Shown: positions 50,440-62,471 of the stretch, in pieces
Position numbering within the stretch: position 1 is the stretch's first letter
Layout of the letters: the number at the start of each line of letters is the position of its first letter
Made by a program: the position numbers and the translations under genes
NCBI GenBank assembly: GCA_040285825.1
Contig: JAUPSS010000006.1
Location: forward strand, 806,001-870,000
DNA: 64,000 nt
Direction of reading: 5' to 3'
Origin: Eukaryota sp. TZLM1-RC
Taxonomy: Eukaryota > Protista > Metamonada: BaSk clade
The notes under the pieces: generated by a model
Told to the model about the DNA's origin: nothing
The model's database searches: none
The model's input: the letters and a program-made list of their open reading frames with translations, nothing else

Positions 50440-50860
50440 AAGGATTTTCTTGAGTTACAGAACAAATTTTTTAGGGACAAGGGAATTCAATATTCAATCA
50501 GTGAAACCATACTTTGGAAGTTTAAATTTGTCCAAATTGGCCAGTCAACAGCATGCAAAATACAATTTGTATCCATTTGTATTTTCTCTTTTTGGTTCAC
50601 TTGTTTCAACGGCTTTACGTTTTTGGATGATTTTGAAATGATTGTAAAGAGAAGAACTAACAAAAATTTTAACAGATTGTTTTGGCAAAATAAAATTGTG
50701 TTTTCTGTTTTTAAGGGGATGTTGAAGATGGTTTCTGATGCTTTGCTTTCTCTTGGATCTCACTATGAGAGAATTGCATCTAGTGTTTTTGTTTTGGGAG
50801 AGATTGATTATTTAGATGTTGATTTATAGGTTTTTGATAAAATTAATAATACAAAAAAAA
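50440..50860 (+). mobile_element. RLE retrotransposon 3' fragment
   Basis: YPFVFSLFGSL...DDFEMIVKRRT...WQNKIVFSVFKGM. Confidence 0.85.
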
Positions 50861-51057
50861 TTGAAAGTCTATAAAACATGAATCTTAAGCACCAAACCCT
50901 ACATCAAACTCTGAAACAGCGTTGAAGATGGGAATATCGTATTGTTCAAGGCACCATGGGGAATGGCACCAAGAAATGAAATTCAAGATGTCCTCTTTTC
51001 TCCGAAAATTAGCAATTTTGCTTTTACACCATATATTTTGTAACTTTCTTAACTAAA

Positions 51058-51315
51058 ATGGACCCTGAACAAGAAAAACAACTACCAACTGTCCTGAAAT
51101 ACAAGCAAGAAACTGCCTCTCCTCACACTGTTTCGAAGATAAAGTCTTGGGAAGCGAAAAGACATGGTGGTGAAATTCCCAAAGGCAGTGCAGCCAGTGA
51201 AATTGAGAGTAAAGCAGCCAAAGAGGGAATTCAACCTGCACGAGCCCATAGACCAGAGAAGAAGGGATTCAAGAGGAGTTTGATTGAGGAGGAGAAGAAT
51301 ATGGGATTTTATTAG
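51058..51315 (+). CDS. Small hydrophilic protein, SMP/LEA (seed maturation protein)-like
   Basis: SKIKSWEAKRHGGEIPKGSAASEIESKAAK resembles the SMP pattern IQSxEAxxxGGxxxKGxxAxxxQSxAxK. ATG follows AAA and composition looks coding. Confidence 0.6.
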   Translation: MDPEQEKQLPTVLKYKQETASPHTVSKIKSWEAKRHGGEIPKGSAASEIESKAAKEGIQPARAHRPEKKGFKRSLIEEEKNMGFY

Positions 51316-51989
51316 AAGTTTATTAAATGATATTTGCATGGTCTATTTGATATAATTAACATCAAAAGTAAGAAAACACCGATCACTGTGCTTTCTACAA
51401 TTATAACTATCTTGTACTCATGTCAATGTCTTTTGTACCAAAGGTAATTTATGTCAAAGTAGTTCCCCCCAATGATCAACGGTCAAATCTCCTCGCTAGT
51501 CTCTGAACAGTGGAATAATGGTTTCTTGATGTTTTCCTGTATATTTAATATTTACGGGAAAAGAATAAAAAATAATTTTGTAGGAAAACGCTCCATGGAA
51601 GTAGAAGATTTAGCGATTGTTGTTGCATCAATACAGCCATTGATTGAATTTCACACAATAAGCTAATCCATAAACAGGAGATTTTCACATAAACGTTAGG
51701 AAAGATACCTTGGTTACACCAAACTGACACAATCAACTAAAACAGTTACAAGCAAGAGAAAAAGATGCACTAAATGTTGGAAAACCGACCTATTGCCGAC
51801 ATACCTTAGCCAGCCGATAATGCAGCCTGCCCTAATAACATTCAAACCAACAATCCAGTTGGACAACCCAAGTTGGGATTCAAACACTGGTTTAAATGTT
51901 TCTATCCAGTGAAGAAAATCTGAGTTGAATTCAAATCGGTATTTATGATTTCATATCCACATTGTTCCTTGTACAATTAAAAGGATGTG

Positions 51990-52268
51990 TTCAAGGAGGC
52001 TGTGGAGGACATTGTTTATGGTAATGTTAGTGAATAAGATCTTAAACAAAACAAATTTGGTAATGAAGGAGCTAAAGCACTCGCTCCAGCCATAAAATTG
52101 AATTCCACTCTATCTGCATTAGATCTCTCCAATAACATCATTGGTATCGAAGATGGTAATGTACTTGCCGGAACTTTGGATTCGAATTCTCCTCTTTCTC
52201 AATTGTCTCTTTCCAACAACAACATTGGCAATTCAACCAGATCCACACTAACAAATGAAACAAATTAA
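51990..52268 (+). pseudogene. RI-type LRR fragment, paralogous to the LRR tail at 39800-40270
   Basis: EAVEDIVYGNVSE*DLKQNKFGNEGAKALAPAIKLNSTLSALDLSNNII...LSLSNNNIGNS. Confidence 0.8.
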
Positions 52269-52399
52269 CAAACAATATTTAATCGTCCTTTTTTATAGTT
52301 TTTTTTTTGTTAATAAACAGCTTTTTAAATTATTCTGTTAAGCAATCTTTTTTTGCACACCACCAAATTTTTAAAAAATAAACACAGCGAATTAGCTAA

Positions 52400-53585
52400 T
52401 CGTTGACTAATCAAATCATTTGGCACACTACATGGCCACAGAGAACACCTCATCCTGAAGGCAGTTGTCCATTGATGATCATTTAATAATAAACCATATA
52501 CATTTGGAATCTGGAAAATGAGACAACTTGAGCTACTTTCCTTAAGATCAATTAGAAAGTTTGCAAAAACGGGATTCGTTTCTTTAGCCAAGCTAAGACG
52601 AACAGTGAAATCCAAGTTTTCAAAAACTTTTAATATCTTTTTCTGCAATTTAGCATATGCAAATTTCAAGGAAATCAAACTCCTGGGTGGAATTTCTTGA
52701 ATATTAGCAGGAAAGCATTTGGACCATATGTGAGGAGAGATGCATTCAATTTCACTCTGCCAGGACACTAAATAGTCACTAACACAACATTCTATTAAAT
52801 GCTGGTTTTCAGGAAAACGTTTCAACAATTCAAAAACGAAATTTTTGCCTCCACCAATAAATGCGGCTTTACACAAATATTTTGATTTGTGAAAATCCAG
52901 GCCTCCCAATTCTGTGCTACAAAAAATATGACTACGTAAAAAGGAAGAATCAATATCGAGCAAATCAGCCAAAAAAATTTGTTCTTCAGTCATTAAAAAT
53001 TCTGCAAAATTCGAGAAATAAAGATGGTGATGTTGATCGTAAAATATGACTAAATTTCCCTGAATAACAAATTCTGAGGAAGAAAAAGTTAAGATGTTTT
53101 TCAATATTTAAATCTGAAAGAACCATCAATTCTTCTTCAAAATTATCCAAAAGAGAGGAAAATTGATTTCGAATTCATCAAAATTGCCTAAATAACAACA
53201 TAAAAAACGAAATCCTGATTCAAAATAATTGATAAAAGGAACACTTTGATTTATCAATAATGAGATCAGCAGGCTCTCTACCAATCAATAAACATTTGGA
53301 AATATTTAGAGAAAGGCCAATTGGATAATAGCGCTGTTGAACAATTTCAGCAATTGTTCTCAATGAATCAATTAGACCAATTATTGATATGTCATCCATA
53401 TAAGCAGTTATATGAACATCTGGAAATTCTTGTTTTAATTCACACATTAAAGGATGGATAGCAAGGCAGAAAAAGAAAGGACTTAATGGATCACCTTGTT
53501 TGACACCAGATGATGATATTAGATTAAATTCCTCATATACAAGAGTCGACTGTGAGCCATAAAAATTGTAAAAAAAACGACTGAG
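52400..53585 (-). mobile_element. CRE-like RLE retrotransposon RT to linker fragment (frameshifted)
   Basis: GVKQGDPLSP...AYMDD...GLSLNISKC; LGGLDF...AAFIGG...FRMRCSLWP. Confidence 0.92.
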
Positions 53586-53699
53586 CATCTGAACAATGAG
53601 TTTGAAGCAAGGGCAAGATCGACGACCTCTTCACTGTATTGAAAGCGTTTTTAAAATCTAAATCAAAAATATGATTCGAAGTACTTGAATTAGAAAAGA

Positions 53700-56040
53700 C
53701 ATCAGATGAGAGTACTGCAAGACTAACACATCGGAGATTCTAGGGAGATTAGGTTCAACGAAAACAGTGTTGGCGTTGACTCCGTCCTTGCCGCTGTAAT
53801 CACCAGTAAGGCGAGGCTTACGATGATCAGGGTATACCACCAGACATACTAAAGATCTGAACTCCAGACTCGACAAGTTTATCGAAGATTTGTTCGGCGA
53901 CTTTCTGCTTCTCGGGGTTTAAACTACGAGTGGCTTGTCTCACTCGAATAATTTCATCATGAAAGTTGATCTCCATTGGAGGATAGTCAATTCTATCAGC
54001 GTGCGGCTTGAGGGTGAATGTCTCTTCGAACTCTTTCAAGGACTTAAAGTTTATTCAATGGTTTGTCTTTTCCATGTTGCATCTCTCTGCTAAATCAACA
54101 GTCAAAACTGATATCGAAACTCCAGAGTCGATGATTCCTTCTATTTCGCAATTATCTATTGAAAAATTTAGTTTTAAGTATTTACGTGCGACATCTGAGG
54201 TGCGAACCATGAAGATATCACTGTAAAACTCTGAGTCTGGGTTCAAGTCGAGCTCATAGTTGAAACAAGGTTTATTTGGTGTTTCGTTCATTGTATCTGT
54301 TTTCAGATTTTGGGTAGTTAAAGGATTAGTTAAGCACTTAATTCACTGTTTGGAGACTGAGGTTTGCTTCATTGATGTTTTACATGGTGGAAAGCGGTCT
54401 TGCTCTATAGTAAACAATGGATACTTATGAGAACGTTTATTGCTACTGGGAGGGCCCTTGCCTCTTTCTCTACGCCTACTCCTGCCTCTACTGCTACTAC
54501 TACTACTTCAGCTTCTTGCCAATTATGCTTGAACTGCATCTGGGTTGGCATCTCGCCATTGCTTGGATCACTGGCAATCAGGGTCAGGACATTCGCTTAT
54601 AGTGTGGCCTGGAATACCACAGAATCTACAGAGACCAGCTTTATCTCTTTCTTTCTTAATTTGTGACTTGCTCCTTTTGCTAAGTTGAGCATTGGCGACA
54701 GTGGAACCCGCAGGCTTAAATTTGCCTATTCGCTTCTTGTCCTTTGGGTTTGCTCTAACATAGTGACCCATATGTTGTTGATAGCTATTACTTATGTTTG
54801 CCCTTTGCTCATCGTAGGATCTGGATGAACACCAACTCATGTATTCAGCGGCCAAGACGTCAACAAATTGTTGTAATGCATGATGTTGCCAAACATTGAA
54901 TGTGGACCATACAGTTTTTAAATTCTCACTGATGGCCTGAATACCAACAGAATCTATCATATGGGTTGCTATCTCCCAGTTTTGAATGCGCTGTAAGAAA
55001 TGTTGACCATACAAGGCACGGTTGCTTGCTTTGACGTCAAAAATGGCAGTACTTCGTGAAACTGTTCTCATCAGCCTCACTGTGAAGTCGCCTTAGCGAT
55101 TTCTAAAGTCCTGAATATTCCAATTCATCTGAACTCTGTATAACTGATTCCTTGCCGCTTTTAATGTGCTATAGTGACTGAGGTGTAAAATTGATTCCCA
55201 TATTTGCTCCTCATTGATGTTGTCCATAGCTAAGATACTATCAGACATAGTTAAAAACCTGCTCTGGCCTCTCAGAGCAGCCAAGCACTCTGGAGTTACA
55301 CAAAAGGCAATTCTACGAGGATCTACTTGAGCAGCAGCTCTGAATCGGTCCCATTCGTGGAGGGGGTTACCATATCTCTGGTCAAGAGGGAGGTCTCGGT
55401 TTTCTCTGCTAATGGATTGAGGAGTAGCAAGAGGACGAAAGCGTTCCTCAAGTTGCCTTCTTAGTTCAGACACTTCTCTTGCTAGTCTGACTTGAGTAGG
55501 ATCAGATTCATTGATGTTTCTTTCTTCAATGGTCCTCTCAGTCCTAGCATACAGAATAAATCTGTCGATGAATTTCAAGATTCTTACTGGGTCAGAGATG
55601 TCGTTAGCTTCCAGGGTGGGTTTTTTAAGACGACCACCTTTTTGTCCATCTCTGTCTCTATCCTGTGAACTCGTCATGGCTTCCATCAGTAGAGTGTTAG
55701 AATACTGAGGAGCTAGTGGAGTGTTGTATGAAGTTACTCCTAGAAGCCCAGGGTCTTGAAGGACCTGGGAAGGAGTTGATGGATCTCGTGACTGGGCTAC
55801 TGCAGGTGAAGGTTGTTGCAACGGCTCAGAGGTGTCAGTAGTAGATGTCACCATCGGTTCATCTTGTTGGTCATCTTGAGGCTCAATGCTCAAAGATGAG
55901 AAAACAGTGTCTGTATCCACTGGATCGGGATCAGGGTTTCTTAATTCTACTTGGTTATGACTGCTCGAATAATAACTTTGCAAGTTACCATCGATTCTAA
56001 CCCATAGAAGATAACTTGAATTGGTGACACCAATGTGTTT
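53700..56040 (-). mobile_element. Ty3/Gypsy gag-protease-RT start, one reading frame with six in-frame stops
   Basis: CRFCGIPGHTISEC (CX2CX4HX4C); IIDSGVS aspartic protease; RQATRSLNPEK...LVESG; RLTGDYSGKDGVN. Confidence 0.88.
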
Positions 56041-56044
56041 CTTG

Positions 56045-56400
56045 GACGAATAGCATCAATTGAGTATGTATTGGCTTGAATATCAATACCATCAACTATT
56101 GTAGAAACTGATGAATCCGAAGTAAAAACATATTTCAGTAAATTAAGTTTGAGGCCAATTTTGTTGAATAGTTCTTTGAAACATTCAGTTGCTTTTTTCA
56201 AAATCTTTAGATCACCAATAAAACCAACATCATCCGTATATGCACTCATTTTCAGCGAAGGAAACATCTCTTGAATTTGCAGTAAAATAGGATGAATGGC
56301 CAAACAAAACAAAAGAGGTCCTAACGGATCTCCCTGATTTACACCACTTGATGAACTCAAAATTTAATTTCCAAAATGTAAATTAGAATTTGTGCTATAT
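56045..56400 (-). mobile_element. RLE retrotransposon RT core fragment
   Basis: SSSGVNQGDPLGPLLFCLAIHP...AYTDD...IGLKLN. Confidence 0.9.
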
Positions 56401-56420
56401 AACTGGTTTTTGTATTTATA

Positions 56421-56960
56421 GAATTTGCACACTTAATTAAATGAACTCATAACTAATGGGACGACTATCATTGCACCAAGATTTCCTCTACAAAATCTTG
56501 ATCTGCTTGCTGTCTAGCTAAAACTTCTCTTATTCGATTGAAAAATCGAGGTAATCTATTAATAATGGCAAATTGAATCCGTGAACGCCATAGAAAAATA
56601 TCAAATCTTTTCATTGTGTTTCTTGAACTATTTTTTGGAAGTCATTCAAACAAGTTTCTGCTTCATCTGATAATCTTCCATTTATCGAAAATGGGAAAGC
56701 ATTGAAAACCAGCTGTGTATTTCTATCAGCATTAGCCTCTTCAATATCTTTATCATATTTTCTATGTTTCTTTTTTGCTTTAAAATCAAGAGTACTCACA
56801 GGATTAATTTTTCTTCTGTGAACCAAAGTATCATTTGTAACATTACATGAGACAAAGTCAACAATAGCTTCAGAATTATCAATCCATTCACAGTATACAT
56901 CACCTGTATCATCAGAACCAAAAATATTCAGAGAAAGTGTTTCCTTCAGCAGGGACTCTT
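56421..56960 (-). mobile_element. RLE endonuclease and 3' end fragment
   Basis: GDVYC...IVDFVSCNV...KKKHRKY...FPFSINGRL. Confidence 0.8.
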
Positions 56961-57101
56961 TGATACTATATTGATATTTGAGTGCTATATGCTGATTGGA
57001 AATACGGCATTAATTCAAAGTAGTCTGAGCCATACCAATCATATCCATATTCTCTTCAATCCCTGTACATTCTTTCATTGCTTCACCTCTTTTCAACAAC
57101 C

Positions 57102-59321
57102 ATGAACCTCCCTTCCGTCAAACAAGATTATTTTCAACTTTCCATTCACAACTTTGTCAATGACGATCCCATATCACAGATGCCCTCTTATACTTTTCAT
57201 TCATCGATGGATGGGATCCCACTCTCCTGTACTCCTCCCAATTTTTTCTCATCAAACTCTTATGGAGATGTGTCGGCCGATCCAAGTCCCGATCGATCGG
57301 ACAGGTTGGTTGGGATTAAGTCCATTTCCAGTGGTGATTTCCACACCGTACTTCTCACCTATTCTGGTGAGGTATTTGGATGGGGGAGTAATGATGATGG
57401 ACAAGTACTCTATGATGGACCTGATGAAGTCAAATCACCGATTGAAACTGCTTTAAATGATATGGAAGCCATTTCAACTGCTGTTGGAAGCCCTTATGTT
57501 GGTAACCACTCTTTTGCCCTCTCTTTTGACGGTAAGTTGTATGGTTGGGGTAGTAATAGATTAAACCAAATCAATAGATCAAGTAAGGACAAACTACCAA
57601 TCACTAAAATAAACATTCCTTATAAAATTAAGGAAGTTTATTGTGGTGATTCTTGTTCATTTGCTTTAACCCATGAAGGTCAAGTTGTTAAGTGGGGAAA
57701 TTCGGGATCATTTGAATTAATTAAAGGGTTAAATAATATTGTTTCAATGTCCGTTGACCGTCATTCTTTTGTTGCAGTTGATTTAAATAGTACTTTTTAT
57801 TACTTTTTTGCACGATACCGAAAACCAAATGATTTACTGCAAATAGGAGTCACCAAACAGATATCTTCCAAAGCACCATTCCAGGGTTCTTTTTTGCTTG
57901 TTGGTAATTATTTTTTTGTTATTGATGTCAACGGTGATGTTTGGAAGTTCAGCAAGCGTTATAATGATGTTTCTTTCTGCGACAAACCCACCAAAGTTCC
58001 AGGGTTGGCTAATGTTCTTTTCATTAATGGTTGTAAAGATGTTTATGCTGCCATTGATAATAATGGTAAAGTTTTTGTCTGGGGTCAGTTGAGTAGAATA
58101 AGTCAATTTTATAAAGATAGTGATGAACCAAAATGTATCGAAGCTTTCATCAAAATAGAAGGTATTTCTGTAGGTTATAACTTCCTTTTTGCATACAACA
58201 AAAACACTGTTTGGGCTTGGGGAAGGAATGACAAAGGTCAATTAGGTACAGGTGATTTGATTGATCGACCACAACCTGTCAAAGTATTTGGTTCTGAAAT
58301 ACTTGGCAGTTTTCAATATCCAAAACAACCTTTGATTAGAATGTTTAGTGGTCTAATTAAGCTTGTTTATTGGGAATATTTGAGTTATTTGGACAATCTT
58401 TATGGCAACCATCCATATATTAAGGCAAGGTTTTACACCAAGTGTGGTATTAGTAAAAGGGTAGCTCAATTTGCTCAAGAAGTGTTTAATGTGCATCCAA
58501 TTCAAAACAAGATCTTTTTAAAAGATCCTCAAGATTTAGATTTAAATGAAAATATTTGTGATTTACATTTGCGATTATCTACCGATTACACTGGCTTCAA
58601 AATAATTAATTCTAGAATTCAAAAACTTGATGTTTACTATAATTTTGTTGATTATGATCCACAATTATTTTTGTTTTTCCCAAATGTTGAGGCTATCAAG
58701 CTTAAAACATTACTGATATGCCCTAAAAGAGTTGATGTAAATTTGGCACATTTGTTGAATCTCAGTCGTCTGGAACTTGATAGCCCATTCAATATACAAC
58801 AATTACCCACTTCACTAGTGAAGTTAGAGCTTAATGGTGGTATTGGGGTTACTGATTTAAGCCATCTTACATCATTGAAAGAGTTGGTGGTGATGTCTGA
58901 TTGTCTTTCTCTAAGAATATTAGAGGGACAAATACCTTTACCTCAATCCATTGCTAGATTAAAGGTTTTGTGTCAGACATGCAATATTGAAGTAAAATTA
59001 CCCAAGCTGCAGTATTTGGTGATTCATAAGGAAGTTCCCAGCAATATCACTGAAGAAAATTTTCCTTCTTTGAGATTCGTTCATTGGATTGGAACTGATG
59101 AACACGGTCTGTCAGGTTCATCATTATCTCCAACAGAACTTATTAATCAAGCTTTAGTTCAATCTGTTAAACTTATCAAAAATGTATTTTTAGTTGAGTT
59201 ATCATCTTTTCCATGGTGGATTCAGTATCCAGCTGAAAGGTTTTTGTTTGATATTCTTTATGGGTATTTAGACGAAACTGACAAAGTTTATTTATCAGTA
59301 ACGAATAGTTTACTTAAATAA
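57102..59321 (+). CDS. RCC1-repeat + degenerate LRR/FNIP-like protein, paralog 2
   Basis: Colinear with paralog 1; identical FAYNKNTVWAWGRNDKGQLGTGDLIDRPQPVKVFGSE block; first ATG 57102. Confidence 0.85.
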   Translation: MNLPSVKQDYFQLSIHNFVNDDPISQMPSYTFHSSMDGIPLSCTPPNFFSSNSYGDVSADPSPDRSDRLVGIKSISSGDFHTVLLTYSGEVFGWGSNDDGQVLYDGPDEVKSPIETALNDMEAISTAVGSPYVGNHSFALSFDGKLYGWGSNRLNQINRSSKDKLPITKINIPYKIKEVYCGDSCSFALTHEGQVVKWGNSGSFELIKGLNNIVSMSVDRHSFVAVDLNSTFYYFFARYRKPNDLLQIGVTKQISSKAPFQGSFLLVGNYFFVIDVNGDVWKFSKRYNDVSFCDKPTKVPGLANVLFINGCKDVYAAIDNNGKVFVWGQLSRISQFYKDSDEPKCIEAFIKIEGISVGYNFLFAYNKNTVWAWGRNDKGQLGTGDLIDRPQPVKVFGSEILGSFQYPKQPLIRMFSGLIKLVYWEYLSYLDNLYGNHPYIKARFYTKCGISKRVAQFAQEVFNVHPIQNKIFLKDPQDLDLNENICDLHLRLSTDYTGFKIINSRIQKLDVYYNFVDYDPQLFLFFPNVEAIKLKTLLICPKRVDVNLAHLLNLSRLELDSPFNIQQLPTSLVKLELNGGIGVTDLSHLTSLKELVVMSDCLSLRILEGQIPLPQSIARLKVLCQTCNIEVKLPKLQYLVIHKEVPSNITEENFPSLRFVHWIGTDEHGLSGSSLSPTELINQALVQSVKLIKNVFLVELSSFPWWIQYPAERFLFDILYGYLDETDKVYLSVTNSLLK

Positions 59322-59959
59322 TTGATTTTCTTGAAGCGCTGGTCTACTTCAGAGAAAGCATTATATGCTAAACAAATAATTCATAAGTACTGCTCAAGGA
59401 GCGTTTGCACTGTAAGATGGTTTGGTGGAGATACTACCGAGCACCCATTCAATTCTATCAGATATCCAGAATCGTATCAATGAATAAGAAACCTGATAAA
59501 AACACAAATCAATTACCTATAACAACACACCTCGGGCTCTTTCTGTGCCTAAGCAAAAGCGTTATGCGCAATGAAGCAAGAGAACAGCTGTAAATAATTT
59601 TTAGTAGTAAAACTGGAAAAGGGCGTGTAGGTATTTCACTAGTGAGTACTGTAGTATATGGAATCCCATTAAATCAAATAACCCATATCCCACCTCGGAA
59701 TTTCGACTCTCAGAAATTACTACTAGTCAATCACATTTATAAATTGATTGAAAAGTTTAAAGTTTGTTCAAATGTAATGATGGTATTTGTTTAAATATAC
59801 GAAGTATTTATTATTATTAAAAGGGTTATGAACTCACACACCCCTCTGAAATGAGAAGTGAATTTCTCTACCCCCTCATCAGATATTGCAACACCTACGG
59901 CCCTGACTATCAGGTTTAGCAATTTCCACCAGTTGTTTAAATTCATAAATTATCATAAG

Positions 59960-60300
59960 AATTTTCGGTGATAAAAGAGAGACCACGCGGTAAGTCTGCC
60001 GGACTTTCTGGTATTTCTATTGATCATGTAAAAGCCGCAATTATTTCTTCAGAGGATTGTCTTGGTTTATTAACCAAATTTTTCAACAAATTATTGACTG
60101 GGCAACTCAGATATCAAGAAGAATTAAGAAGTTCTCGTTTGACTACACCTGACAAAAATTCAAAAATGGATGGTTCGACCTATTGCAGTCTCTGAGAGCT
60201 TACAAAATATTTTTTCTGCGAGTTGCTTAAGCAGGTTCAATGAGAAAGCAAAAGGGATTGTATTACCCTTTCAATATGGAATTAATACCACGGATGGAGT
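59960..60300 (+). mobile_element. RLE retrotransposon RT N-terminal fragment
   Basis: PRGKSAGLSGISIDHVK...RSSRL..., then VRPIAVSE and LPFQYGINTTDG after frameshifts. Confidence 0.85.
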
Positions 60301-61340
60301 CTCTTCTTGAAGGAAGTTCCACAACATCAGAGGGGAAACATTTAGACCAAATATTAGGTGAAAGAGTTTCAATTTCCTGTTGCAATGAAATAAGATAAAA
60401 GCTGCCACAATTTTCAATGAGATGAATTTTTTCAGGAAAACGTTTCACAAATTCATAAATAAAATTCTGTCCACCTCCAATAAAGGCAGCTTTACAAAGG
60501 TAGCTTGATTTATGAAAATCAACACCACCAAAATTTGTACCACAAAAAATGTGGCTTCGTAACTGAGATGCATCAATTTCCAATAATTTTGCTCAAAAAT
60601 TGGTTCTTTGTTCATTAAAAATTCGGCAAAACTGCTCCTATTACAGTTCTCAAACAAATAGCAACTTTTATTCAACTGCGTTATAAAGATATTTTATTTA
60701 TTTAAACAAAAATGTTAAAAACTAAAAATCTATTTCCTCAAACTCCACATCTACCATTGAAAATTTACCTTCAACCGTTTCTTCATAATATCTTCCTAGT
60801 GATAACAACGAGCTAGAAACAAGGCTATTCATCCCTTTAAAAATGGAAAATACAATTCTATTTTGTCAAAAGGTTCGGTCAAATATTCTTCCAGTTCCAT
60901 TTTTGACAATATTAGAGAAATCATCTAGAAAAGATAAAGCGGTTTTACCAAAGGTTGCAAATAAAGAAAAAGCAAAAGGACAAAGAAGGTATTGAGTATG
61001 TGAGTTGGAATTCAGATTATTGATTTTTTCTGTGTGCTTGATAATTTTTGCTTCATCAGCTCTACGTAAAGGTGAATTATAAGATTGTGCCAGTTTTTCA
61101 TTTGAGCAGTTTGATACATCAATAAATCTGACATCAATAATAATCATTGGTCCATCAAGTCCGGGAACTAGCACATCACCAGGGCTGTCACCAAAAGAAT
61201 TTTTGTCAGATTCATCAGCTAGATTGGAAAGCAAAGGTTCTAAAAAAGATTCAATCTGGTAGGACTTAAACATACAATAGAGCTGATCACGAACTGCATT
61301 ATGCACTTTTGATCTAAAAGTAATAAATCGATTACAATTA
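60301..61340 (-). mobile_element. Two RLE fragments: linker (60301 to about 60632, direct repeat of about 63438-63765) and endonuclease/3' end (about 60700-61340)
   Basis: FGGVDFHKSSYLCKAAFIGG; HNAVRD...EPLL...GDVL...IIDV...CPFAFSLF. Confidence 0.9.
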
Positions 61341-61462
61341 AATTAAAAAGGTAGTACAGAGTGGTAGTTTGACAACACAATGTGTTTGATCATGCACAAA
61401 ATTAATATGATCGAGTTGTGTAAAATCGTGGTTTTTGCTTAAAACTTTGTTTATTATTATCA

Positions 61463-62470
61463 AATTGGTTTTTCTCTAAATATTTCCAAATGTTTATTGA
61501 TTGGTATAGAGCCTGCTGATCTCATTGTTGATGATTAAAGTGTTCCTTTTATCAATTGTTTTGAATCAGGATTTCGTTTTTCTTCTGTATTTTAATTTTT
61601 TTTTCAAAACCACAGTCTAAAAGTCAATATTTTCAAAACAAGCTTCCACACCATCAAACCTTATAGCAGCGATGTCTTCGTAATGTGTACTGACAGACAT
61701 TAAAGCTTTCGGAATCATTTGAGGAATTGATTTGAAAATGGTAAAATCAATACGATTTAACCACACGCGGCGATCAAAACGCTTATTCATCCTTCTTTTT
61801 ACAAGATTTTCAAAATCATCAATAAAATATATAGCAGTCTTTCATCGACGACCATTAACGATATAGCAAATGGGCAAATTTGGTAATCTACATGGCGAAC
61901 ATGTTTCAATTCTTTCAAAGGACTTGCTTATTTTTTTCGTTTGTACAATTCGGGGAGATACTTCGGATTGTGCATTTCTCAAGGCATTTTTCTTGCAAAC
62001 ATCCACTGAAACGACATCAACAACATTCATGACATCATCAAACGAGGGCACAACAACATCAGCACGTCGTTTTCCATATTCTGAATCTCTTACGCTTTCA
62101 TTTATATCAAGAAACCTCAACAAAGGTTCTACAAAAGATTCAATATAATAGGAATTACACATTGCATGGATTTGATCTCTGACTATCAATGTTTAGATTT
62201 TAAGAATGCTTTTAATTCTGTATCACGTTTTTCCATTTTGCCTTATTTTCCTGAAGTTGAGTCTTTTTCTATTCATTTTATAGAAAATCATCAACATTGG
62301 TCTATGAAAACTTTGACCTGCTTTCTTCTTCAGGTGTTGAACAAGGCGATCCACTTGGTCCTTTTTTCATTTGTCTGGTAATTCATCCATTGATTTGCGA
62401 ATTAAAAGAAAAATTTCCAGAAATAGATATTGTAGCATATATGGATGACATTTCTGTAATTGCTCCTATT
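61463..62470. mobile_element. Three RLE fragments in alternating orientation: about 61463-61581(+), 61620-62180(-), 62185-62470(+)
   Basis: LNISKCLLIG; VRD...EPLL...RRADVV...VVDVV; LDFKNAFNSVSR, GVEQGDPLGP, YMDD. Confidence 0.88.
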
Positions 62471-62471
62471 A

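Noticed and set aside
56015-56035. tRNA-Leu-like PBS (TGGTGTCA) upstream of the 55983 gag
   Set aside because: Only 8 nt, part of a local hairpin, and no LTR is visible next to it.
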